From the NCBI RefSeq assembly GCF_964355755.1, contig NC_092680.1, positions 21,957,045 to 22,021,044 on the forward strand: a stretch of DNA of 64,000 nucleotides, read 5' to 3'. This DNA is from Antedon mediterranea. Its lineage: Eukaryota; Animalia; Echinodermata. A program made the position numbers and the translations under genes. Under the pieces are notes generated by a model. That model did not search any database, was not told where the DNA came from, and was given only the letters and a program-made list of their open reading frames with translations. How positions within the stretch are numbered: the first letter of the stretch is position 1; the number at the start of each line of letters is the position of its first letter. Of the stretch, positions 47,580-58,740 are shown piece by piece.

Positions 47580-50500
47580 ATGTCAGTTGTGAAACGGACA
47601 TCACAAAATGTTGAAGATGATCCTACGAGAAAAAGACGAAAAACTGGAGAGGACGAAAACAGTGATCCAGACCTAGACTCGGATGCAGAGGAAGAGGTGT
47701 TAATTCAATCATAACTAAATTAAATCTAAATTGATATTGTTTTTTGTCTGATTCAAAGTTCTTTCAATTTTAGTGGTATTTGTTAGGGAAATGCAAGAAG
47801 TATTTAAAATTAAAACATATTATATTCAGTCAAGGGTAAAATGGCAAAAGGTACATGACCACAGTGCTGATTTTGCCATTTTCCCCCTGTATTAGTTAAA
47901 ATCATTGACAAAATTAATTGAATTGAACCAGGAGTGGGAAGATGTGAATTAACCACTCACCATTGGCTCACTACGAGTGCTTAAATTTCAGGAAAAACAA
48001 TGATAAAATATTAAGTTGATTTCATTCACTATCTAATATTGTAGCCTAGTAATTGTAACCCCTTGGTAAAAAAAATGAAGTGGAGAAATGAAGCAGCATG
48101 GCATGACAATTGTAAGAGGTTAGAATGAATATCAATTTATTAATTAAAATGAGTAATATACTTTCTTTCAGGGTAATTCAGTTGGAATTATTGAGAGAAT
48201 AGTACTGAAGAACTTTATGTGTCATGGTCATTTAGACTTTTCTTTTGGGCCAAATGTCAACTTTGTTGTTGGTAGAAATGGAAGTAAGTGATATAAAATT
48301 ATGTTTAGTAATGTTGGTGTCACAGTATTTTATCATTAAATTACAACTAAAAATGTACTGTCGTTTGCTGTGTGTCTAAACAGAACAGCAAAACACAATG
48401 TCAATTAGTTTACCTCAACAAATACAAAAAAGGGTACTTGGAATGAAATAGTACATTTTTTTAAATAGTGAAAGATATTTCTAAAAACGCTGTATAATGA
48501 TTATATATACAAATCAGTCAACATAGAACTTTAAAATATTAGGGAAAAAACTATTTTATGTCATTGCAACTACTTGTAATTAACTATTGTTAATATTAAT
48601 TATGATGTTTATGAGTTTAATACTGAATATATTATTTTGTAATTAAATTGTATTATATAGGTGGCAAGAGTGCTGTTCTGACTGCTTTGGTAGTAGGTTT
48701 AGGAGGAAAGGCTAATATCACTGGAAGAGGATCATCTATGAAAAACTTTGTTAAAAATCAAAAAAGGTAATTCTAATATATAAATATATTTATAAGTGGT
48801 ATAAAATAGTTTAGTTTTTAAATGCAGTTATATTACATTTTTAGAGGTATATTTTAATTTCAGTTATGCAGAAATTACAATCAAAATTAGCAATCAGGGA
48901 ACGGATGCATTCAAGCATGACTTGTACGGCAACTCGGTGACCGTCATTCGTCGAATTAATCAAGATGGTCAGTCGTTTTATAAACTAAAAAGTGAGAAAG
49001 GTGCAGTTGTATCGACAAAGAAGGAAGAGCTTACCCACCTCCTTGACCAATTCAACATACAAGTGGACAATCCAGTCTCTATTCTAAATCAGGACACAAG
49101 CCGTAACTTTCTTCAATCAAAGTTACCAACTGACCGCTATAAGGTATAAATGTTAACTCGATGTAGTCTGTGCTTTTAGCTTGGTATTCAATGTTAAATG
49201 ATTATTATGTCTGTGCTTTCAGCTTGGTATTCAATGTTAACTCGATGTAGTCTGTGCTTTCAGCTTGGTATTCAATGTTAAATGATTATTATAGCATGGC
49301 TGCCTTTAAGTTATCCCAGCTGATTGCCATAAGATAGTTAACATTAATGTAGTCTTAATGTCTTCCCACAAATACCGAATGGCTGCCTTTAAGTTATCCT
49401 ACCTGATTGCCATTAAGATAGTTAACATTAATGTATAGTCTTAATGTCTTCCCACAAATACCGAATGGCTGCCTTTAAGTTATCCTACCTGATTGCCATT
49501 AAGATAGCTAACATTAATGTAGTCTTAATGTCTTCCCACAAATACCGAATGGCTGCCTTTAAGTTATCCTACCTGATTGCCATTAAGATAGCTAACATTA
49601 ATGTAGTCTTAATGTCTTCCCACAAATACCGATTGTTATTTATATTAATATTTATATTTCAGTTTTTTCTGAAGGCAACACAACTTCAGCAAATGACAAC
49701 TGATTACAACACTATTCAGGAGCAAAAGGATATCACGGAAGTAACATTGGCAGATAGAAAGAAAGTAAGTATCTATGTATTTAACATGTAAACAGGAAGT
49801 AAGTATCTATGTATTTAACATGTAAACAGGAAGTAAGTATCTATGTATTTAACATGTAAACAGGAAGTAAGTATCTATGTATTTAACATGTAAACAGGAA
49901 GTAAGTATCTATGTATTTAACATGTAAACAGGAAGTAAGTATCTATGTATTTAACATGTAAACAGGAAGTAAGTATCTATGTATTTAACATGTAAACAGG
50001 AAGTAAGTATCTATGTATTTAACATGTAAACAGGAAGTAAGTATCTATGTATTTAACATGTAAACAGGAAGTAAGTATCTATGTATTTAACATGTAAACA
50101 GGAAGTAAGTATCTATGTATTTAACATGTAAACAGGAAGTAAGTATCTATGTATTTAACATGTAAACAGGAAGTAAGTATCTATGTATTTAACATGTAAA
50201 CAGGAAGTAAGTATCTATGTATTTAACATGTAAACAGGAAGTAAGTATCTATGTACTTAACATGTAATCAGGAAGTAAGTATCTATGTACTTAACATGTA
50301 AACAGGAAGTAAGTATCTATGTATTTAACATGTAAACAGGAAGTAAGTATCTATGTATTTAACATGTAAACAGGAAGTAAGTATCTATGTATTTAACATG
50401 TAAACAGGAAGTAAGTATCTATGTATTTAACATGTAAACAGAAAGTAATTAAAATATAACTTGAATTGCTGTGGAAATATTTTCTTGGTTAAATATCTAA

Positions 50501-53500
50501 TTTTATCCTAATTGTTAGAGTCTGGAAGAACTTGATAAAGACGTTCAAGAAAAGAAACAAAGGTTTCAAGATTTGACTGCTCTTAATGCGCTGAAGGAAA
50601 AGAAAGAAGAACTAATCAAGATGTCTGCCTGGGCTCAAGTTGCAGTGATTGAGAACCAGTTAGATCCTATAATCAGAAATATAAAGAAAGAAGAAAACAG
50701 AACTCCAAAGTTTGATCAAAAAGTAGAAGAGTCTGAAGTGAAGGTGAATCAAGTTGAAGCTGAGTACCAGGAAATTGATACATCATTGCAGGAACATTTA
50801 CAGATGGCTGAGGACTTGAAACCAGATCTTGATCTTGCCAAACAAGAACGTGATGAAGAGAAATCTGGCTTGAAAAGTATACAGAATAACTTAAAACAAT
50901 CAAGAAGTACATTAAGAACATTGAATGATGAGAAAAAAGAACTAGAAGATGAAATATCTAAACTAAAAAACACGTAAGTAAACCTAACCAGTTAGGGGAG
51001 AATGGCAAAATCAGCACTGTTCATGTTACAAGAGTTGTCAAAACAATATAGATTATCTTATAAATCTCCTAGAAAGGAGAACGCCTTCTTTCCCCTGACT
51101 GTAACTATAGATTATGCAAATATACTGAAACTGTAGTAGTTCTTGTGTATTAATAATACACATTTCCAATTGACATTAGTATACTTAAAATTTATGATAA
51201 TTGTGTATCAAATTGACATACTTCAATCCAATGATGTTTAATAGGGACTATGCAACCTCTATTCTAGTACAATACAACCATATTGTTGCAGACCTTAAAT
51301 ATAACTCTAATTCTAACCAGATTCAGTAGATTTTATAATGCTACTATTTAACAGAGCTCATCAAGATTATGAAGAAGAAAGACATTTACGAGTGGCAGCA
51401 ATAGAAGAGAAGAAAGAAGAAAGGGAAAGTTTCTCAAAAACATTGGCTGATAAAGAACATGAGCTAAGTCAGTTTACATCCTCAGTCAGACGAGACCGTG
51501 CTCAATTGAGTCAGTTAAGGTATGAAAGAACATGGGCTAAGTCAGTTTAGTTTCTCAGTCAGACGAGACCGTGCTCAATTGGGTATTACAAAATAGCATA
51601 TGTAGAATTTATTATTAGTATTATATAATAAATATTAAGATAAAGATGGTTATTTTATTTGATAAGGCAAGAAGAAGAAGAAATATCAAGAAATTTGAGA
51701 GATCAGAATGTTCAACTGAATCGTTTAAAGTCAAGTCAAGCAAATCATATGAAGATATTTGGGGATTACACACCAAGATTATTGGAAGAGATCAACAAAG
51801 CTACCAGGAATAAACTCTTTCATAGAAAGCCAAAAGGACCTATAGGTATTGTTATATTTTATTTATTTATTTTATTCAATTTTCAGGCACAAACAATAAC
51901 TTATACAACGGTGCAGGACAAGAATTGGCTCTCTATAGAGAAATAACCTAAAAAAAATTGCAAGGGATAGGAATCAGTGGTAAAACCTCATTACGCCAAG
52001 CAGCTGAAGCGGCGATGTGGGAAGACTTTTCATCGGAGCAGAAATAAATAATAATGATATATTAATTTTACTATTTATTATAAATTATAAGAACTGCAAA
52101 CAGTGCGGTGACATGGAAAGAATTTTAAACAGTGCGGTAAATTAAAGACATGGAAAGAATTTTCAACAGTGCGGTAAATTAAAGACATGGAAAGAATTTA
52201 AAACAGTGCGGAAAATTAAAGACATGGAAAGAATTTAAAACAGTGCGGTAAATTAAAGACATGGAAAGAATTTAAAACAGTGCGGTAAATTAAAGACATG
52301 GAAAGAATTTTATAATTATAAATGATATTTATGCTCTATTTTATACTCTGTAGGATCACATATTTCATTGGTGGATGAGAAATGGGCACTTGCAATTGAG
52401 TGTTGTTTAAAAAGTTTAGTGTATGCTTACATTTGTCATGACTATCAAGACGAAAAGACATTAAAACAAATTATGCAACGAGTCATCCCACATAGTTATA
52501 AACCAGTTGTTATTGTGTCATCATTTGAGGTAAGTTATTGTATTTTATATGTGCAACTTCTCATTAACAATAAGTAACATTAGCAGCTGTGTTTCTTTAC
52601 ATTAATTCAATTTCGAATTTTTTTAGGACGATAAGTATAGTGGTCTGATGAAAGTTTGTTCAACTGAGTTTCCGTGCCTGCTGGATCAGATAAAAATTGA
52701 AGATGCTGATGTTTTTAACTGCTTGATTGATCAGGTAAGACCCTGTCTGGGTTATCAATATTTTGTATTTATTTCATACACATCCAACAGTAGTGACTTG
52801 CCAATTGTAAGTAGATAAACCATAGTGAGGCTTATAGAGGTTACTTGAACTAGGTCAGGATTGAACTCTGGACCTTTGGATTAGAAGGTCACCAAGCTAG
52901 AGCTCCACAACTACTAATTCTAAGTATTTGTGTTTTATTTATAGAGAGGCATTGAATCTGTAATCTTAATTGAGAGTGGAAGGCAGGCAAGAGACTACAT
53001 GTTTTTGTCGCCACCACAGAACTGTAAAGAGTGCTTCACTTTAGAAGGTGACCAAATTTATCCTGGTAAAAACCAAAGATCGTATGCATCAAACCAAACT
53101 AAAGCACGAGTACTTAAGGCTCGCTTAGAAGATGAAGTCAGGTAAGATGCTCTACAATTAAAAAAGCATTGTTCTAAAAAAGTACTGCTACTACATACAT
53201 TTTAATAGCAAAACAGCGCAACTGTAGTTAGTAAATCACATGCATGATTTTGCATGTTGAAATAAACAAATTAAACTATTGTACTTATATGTTGCTAAGG
53301 GATGTGGTCTTTGATATATTTATGTTTATTGCTATAGAGAGACAATGAATGAAATTGAAGCGATCAAACATAGTGGAAATGTGATACAGGAACAGATGAG
53401 GGAAATAAATAACCGCTTTAAACAAAGCCAAGGGCAGGAAAGATCTTTAGCAGTCCATTGCAAGAAAATACAAGCCAAGATTAGCCAGTTATCAATGGCA

Positions 53501-56500
53501 AGTTTATTCATTATTAATAAATTACTAGAAATAGGAGGTTTGAATAATCTTTCATTATGTCTTATTTTTGTTTCCCATTTTATTATTGTTCAATAGGAAA
53601 TAAATGAACTAGTTTCAACTGAAGAGCCAGCAAATGTGGATGTGAGTACTTTAGAAGGAGAAGTTGAAAAGTATTTGTTGGAAATAGGAGCCTTGCAAGA
53701 AGAGTTTGAAATAAAGGAAAAAGAATTCAAGATCAGGCATGCTAGACTAGAAGAACTGCAACAAAACTGGAAACAGAAGGCTGATGAATATGGCGGCATT
53801 GTGAATGACATTGAAGCAAAACAGGTAAGATGTTAATCCTTAATCATTTTATTAGTATAATAGACCTACATAGAAATTGTGTACGGAGTCACAATGCATA
53901 CAAATGAATATGACTGCAAATAAAAATGAAAAACGCATCTATTTGCAGGATGACTTAAAGAAGAAGTTTACAGAACTTGAGACTGCTAAGCAACACTCTA
54001 AGCACTACAAAGACAAGAAAACTGAGCACTTACAAGTACTCATTGATCTAAACCAGAAAGTGGAGGCTAAAGAAAAGGAGATTGAGGTATGTATGTACAG
54101 ATGAGATCATGCTTTTATCTATCGTCATTGTTTTCAGTTGAATTTTAAAGCATAGTTGGCGACAAAGAAAAGAAATTCATTCAGACCTTCACAGTTTATT
54201 TTATTGGTTGTCTTTTTTTCAGATTGCAAGAGGAAAAGCAAGTCAGATATCGGAAGAGAGAATTCCTACTCAGAGGAAGGCTCAAAACATTGATTCTGAA
54301 ATACACCAGATTACTAGAAGGATTGAAAAGGAACGTCAAAGGTACAATTCCATGTTGATAAACCTTTAAAATATTTTAGCATATTCATCTTTGAAACAGC
54401 ACGATGCTATCTACTGCTTCGAATGTGATGGGTTCTCAACTGCCTCTTTCCATAGTTCTGGTGGTAGAACACCACTATCTTCTTGGTTTACACAAAACTT
54501 ATTACAGGACATATTTTGAGATGAGAATTGTTTGTCTTTTTAGTCGTGGTGACCCAGAACAAATAACAAGAGAGTATTACGATGCAAAGAATAAATTCTT
54601 TGCAATTGTTACTCAAATGAAGCAATGTAAAGCATTTGTAACGGTAAGTTAAAAAACTACAATGCCCACACTTTAATTTCTAATAATTATGTTTAAATAT
54701 TGTATAATACTGCACTAATCTGTATAAATTTCACTGTAAGTAGGAAGCCTTTTTAATAACAAAACACACATTATTACTGCACTAAAGTGTACTGCATATA
54801 ATTACAATTTGACTGTTGATGGATTTGTATGTGTGTTATGAATGGTGATGAAAGGAACATTTTGGACAAACTAAACTTGGTGTTATTCTGTATAAATACT
54901 ATGAAAGTATTGCTTTTAATGTAATTCTTTGTTGTTTTTTTTCCTGTCCAAAAGCAAATTTAGCTTATTTATATTATTTATCCCTTTTCTTATCTTTCAA
55001 CTTGTTTCTTCTGAAAGCATCATCGCAACAAAACAGACATTTAGCAAATCAGAATTTTTGATTTTTTGTTTTTTCTTTTCTTTAATAATTGTTTAAATAT
55101 TTAATTAATCACTGTAAACCTGTATAGGATATTTGTATACTAATCTAATAATTAGCAATTTCCATAATTAGAAAACTTTAATATTTAAGCTATGTAGAAC
55201 CGTTAACCAACCATTTGTTTATCATCAGAGAATCCAAAAAAATTTCCTTCACTAATATTACATCTTTGAGTAAAACTTGTTTTTGTTAGCCCTCTCTATA
55301 TAAATATGTATTAAAAATATGCACAAAGATTGGGTAAAAATTCTAGGTGCTACACACGATTTATTATTTTAGATGATTAAAATATTCAATTAATCAATAC
55401 AAAATTACTATATTACTATTATTTTTAGAGTTTTATTTTGTATTTTATGATTTTAGAAACTTAAAGAATTGTTAAAAACGAGAAGACAAACATACCTTGA
55501 ATTTAGACGATATGTTGCTATGCGAGCTAAGTGTTATTTTGCGATGATGCTATCACAAAGAGGCTACAATGGAAAGATGTCGTTTGACCACAAAGATCGC
55601 CAACTGCATATCGTTGTGAGTCCTCCTCATATGGAAAGAGAGAAAATTGCACCTGCCTTAAAAAAAAAACTATTTACAATAAAAAAAAACATTTCGCAGT
55701 CCTCGAGAACCTAAAGTTATATTGTAAAAAGGCAGGTGAAATGTTGTTCTCTTTCAATGTTGTTAAATATATTATAGAAAATAGTTTTTGTTTTTATCCA
55801 AGGCACTTGATGCCTGCCTAGAGGACAGAAGACGTACATATAAACAATTTCGTAAGACAATTGTTATTAGTGTACAATTAAGTTTTATAACCATGATGTA
55901 CGAAAGAGGATACGAAGGAAAAGTGACCTTCAATCATTCAGAGGGAAGCATTGATTTGAAGGTGAGAACATCAAAGTGTATATTTTATATATTATGATAT
56001 ATCCAGGTATCGCTATTCACTAAAACAAAATATAGTTGTAAAAAATAACACTTTTTTTTTATAACAGTTTGAAATTTAAAAATAAATTTTGTGCAAAAAA
56101 AGGTTGCAAAAAAAAAAAAACAAAAAAAATCTCAATTTCAACTAATTACTTTTTGGTAAGCATGGAACAAATAGGTGTAGTGGGTAAGAATTTTTCCACC
56201 AAGTCACTAAGAATTATTTAGAAATATGCAATTACTTTTCCCAAAATTAATTTGTTTTCTTGTTTTTCAGGTACATCCACATCAAGGTCAAGGGTCAGCA
56301 CAAAAGGATATGAGAGGATTGTCAGGCGGTGAAAGATCTTTTTCAACAGTTTGCTTCATCATGGCATTATGGGAATCAATGGAATCGCCATTTAGAGCCT
56401 TGGATGAGTTTGATGTTTTCATGGTAAGATTGTGTTAATGTATGTTTTGTACTGTGATGTTTTCATGGTAAGATTGTGTTAATGTATGTTTTGTACTGTG

Positions 56501-58548
56501 ATGTTTTCATGGTAAGATTGTGTTAATGTATGTTTTGTACTGTGATGTTTTCATGGTGAGATTGTGTTAATGTATGTTTTGTACTGTGATGTTTTCATGG
56601 TAAGATTGTGTTAATGTATGTTCTGTACTGTGATGTTTTCATGGTAAGATTGTGTTAATGTATGTATTGTACTGTGATGTTTTCATGGTAAGATTGTGTT
56701 AATGTATGTTTTGTACTGTGATGTTTTCATGGTAAGATTGTGTTAATGTTTGTTTTGTACTGTGATGTTTTCATGGTAAGATTGTGTTAATGTATGTTTT
56801 GTACTGTGATGTTTTCATGGTAAGATTGTGTTAATGTATGTTTTGTACTGTGATGTTTTCATGGTGAGATTGTGTTAATGTATGTTTTGTACTGTGATGT
56901 TTTCATGGTAAGATTGTGTTAATGTATGTTCTGTACTGTGATGTTTTCATGGTAAGATTGTGTTAATGTATGTTCTGTACTGTGATGTTTTCATGGTAAG
57001 ATTGTGTTAATGTATGTTCTGTACTGTGATGTTTTCATGGTAAGATTGTGTTAATGTATGTTCTGTACTGTGATGTTTTCATGGTAAGATTGTGTTAATG
57101 TATGTTTTGTACTGTGATGTTTTCATGGTAAGATTGTGTTAATGTATGTTTTGTACTGTGATGTTTTCATGGTAAGATTGTGTTAAATGTATGTTTTGTA
57201 CTGTGATGTTTTCATTGTAAGATTGTGTTAATGTATGTTTTGTACTGTGATGTTTTCATTGTAAGATTGTGTTAATGTATGTTTTGTACTGTGATGTTTT
57301 CATGGTGAGATTGTGTTAATGTATGTTCTGTACTGTGATGTTTTCATGGTGAGATTGTGTTAATGTATGTTTTGTACTGTGATGTTTTCATGGTGAGATT
57401 GTGTTAATGTATGTTTTGTACTGTGATGTTTTCATGGTGAGATTGTGTTAATGTATGTTTTGTACTGTGATGTTTTCATGGTAAGATTGTGTTAATGTAT
57501 GTTTTGTACTGTGATGTTTTCATGGTAAGATTGTGTTAATGTATGTTTTGTACTGTGATGTTTTCATGGTAAGATTGTGTTAATGTATGTTTTGTACTGT
57601 GATGTTTTCATGGTAAGATTGTGTTAATGTATGTTTTGTACTGTGATGTTTTCATGGTAAGATTGTGTTAATGTATGTTTTGTACTGTGATGTTTTCATG
57701 GTAAGATTGTGTTAATGTATGTTTTGTACTGTGATGTTTTCATGGTAAGATTGTGTTAATGTATGTTCTGTAATGTGATGTTTTCATGGTAAGATTGTGT
57801 TAATGTATGTTTTGTACTGTGATGTTTTCATGGTAAGATTGTGTTAATGTATGTTTTGTACTGTGATGTTTTCATGGTAAGATTGTGTTAATGTATGTTT
57901 TGTACTGTGATGTTTTCATGGTAAGATTGTGTTAATGTATGTTCTGTACTGTGATGTTTTCATGGTAAGATTGTGTTAATGTATGTTTTGTACTGTGATG
58001 TTTTCATGGTAAGATTGTGTTAATGTATGTTTTGTACTGTGATGTTTTCATGGTAAGATTGTGTTAATGTATGTTTTGTACTGTGATGTTTTCATGGTAA
58101 GATTGTGTTAATGTATGTTTTGTACTGTGATGTTTTCATGGTAAGATTGTGTTAATGTATGTTTTGTACTGTGATGTTTTCATGGTAAGATTGTGTTAAT
58201 GTATGTTTTGTACTGTGATGTTTTCATGGTAAGATTGTGTTAATGTATGTTCTGTACTGTGATGTTTTCATGGTAAGATTGTGTTAATGTATGTTTTGTA
58301 CTGTGATGTTTTCATGGTAAGATTGTGTTAATGTATGTTTTGTACTGTGATGTTTTCATGGTAAGATTGTGTTAATGTATGTTCTGTACTCCTTCAATAT
58401 GTTGATAAATGCAAGAATGTTGTACATTTTTGTGTTTTTCTTCCTACCAGGACATGGTGAATCGCAAGATAAGCATGGACCTGATGTTGAAAGTTGCCAA
58501 AGAGCAAAAAATGCGCCAGTTTATTTTCCTCACTCCACTTGATATGAG
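47580..58548 (+). CDS. SMC6: Structural maintenance of chromosomes protein 6 (final exon not found in the window)
   Basis: [14 protein letters not shown], Walker A GRNGSGKS, Q-loop [10 protein letters not shown], hinge PKGPIG, signature [13 protein letters not shown], Walker [17 protein letters not shown]; about 19 phase-consistent exons from 47580-47696 to 58451-58548. Confidence 0.96.
49147..49290. repeat. Short compound duplication just after an SMC6 donor
   Basis: aatgttaactcgatgtagtctgtgcttt(t/c)agcttggtattcaatgttaaatgattattat blocks repeated. Confidence 0.8.
49296..49632. repeat. 84-bp tandem repeat x4
   Basis: atggctgcctttaagttatcctacctgattgccattaagatag...cccacaaataccga. Confidence 0.92.
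49765..50448 (+). repeat. 34-bp minisatellite x20 starting exactly at an SMC6 donor
   Basis: gtaagtatctatgtatttaacatgtaaacaggaa. Confidence 0.96.
52098..52312. repeat. 37-bp tandem repeat x ~6
   Basis: aacagtgcggtaaattaaagacatggaaagaatttaa. Confidence 0.9.
55457..55615 (+). CDS. SMC6: SMC6 alternative exon A (canonical-like, 53 aa)
   Basis: ttttag|[53 protein letters not shown]|gtgagt; 159 nt, phase 0-0. Confidence 0.9.
55803..55961 (+). CDS. SMC6: SMC6 alternative exon B (divergent paralogue, 53 aa)
   Basis: tttttatccaag|[53 protein letters not shown]|gtgaga; 159 nt, phase 0-0, no stop. Confidence 0.8.
56411..58390 (+). repeat. 44-bp minisatellite x ~45 spanning the donor of the SMC6 Walker B exon
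   Basis: tgatgttttcatg|gtaagattgtgttaatgtatgttttgtactg. Confidence 0.96.
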
Positions 58549-58740
58549 GTAATGAGGACACCTAACGTTTTGCATCTTAATTTTGTCATCCATGTTTTAG
58601 TGTTATAGGATCAATACATATTTAATGAGAATCTTTCTATAACTTATCGTGGATAATTTCGCTAATTGCCAATTTTATTGCATGCAACCAAATAAATTAT
58701 GTTGTTGGTAGTGGGTTGAGCAAGAATCAATTAGGTAATA

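Noticed and set aside
48045-48118. Possible extra SMC6 exon (ag|[10 protein letters not shown]...|gt)
   Set aside because: Candidate lengths (67 or 74 nt) break the frame; 47696 joins 48172 in frame without it.
52790-52900. tRNA-like box (ggattgaactctggacc); also a SINE-like stretch at 7390-7555
   Set aside because: Too degenerate for a tRNA gene; probably old SINE remnants whose boundaries I cannot define.
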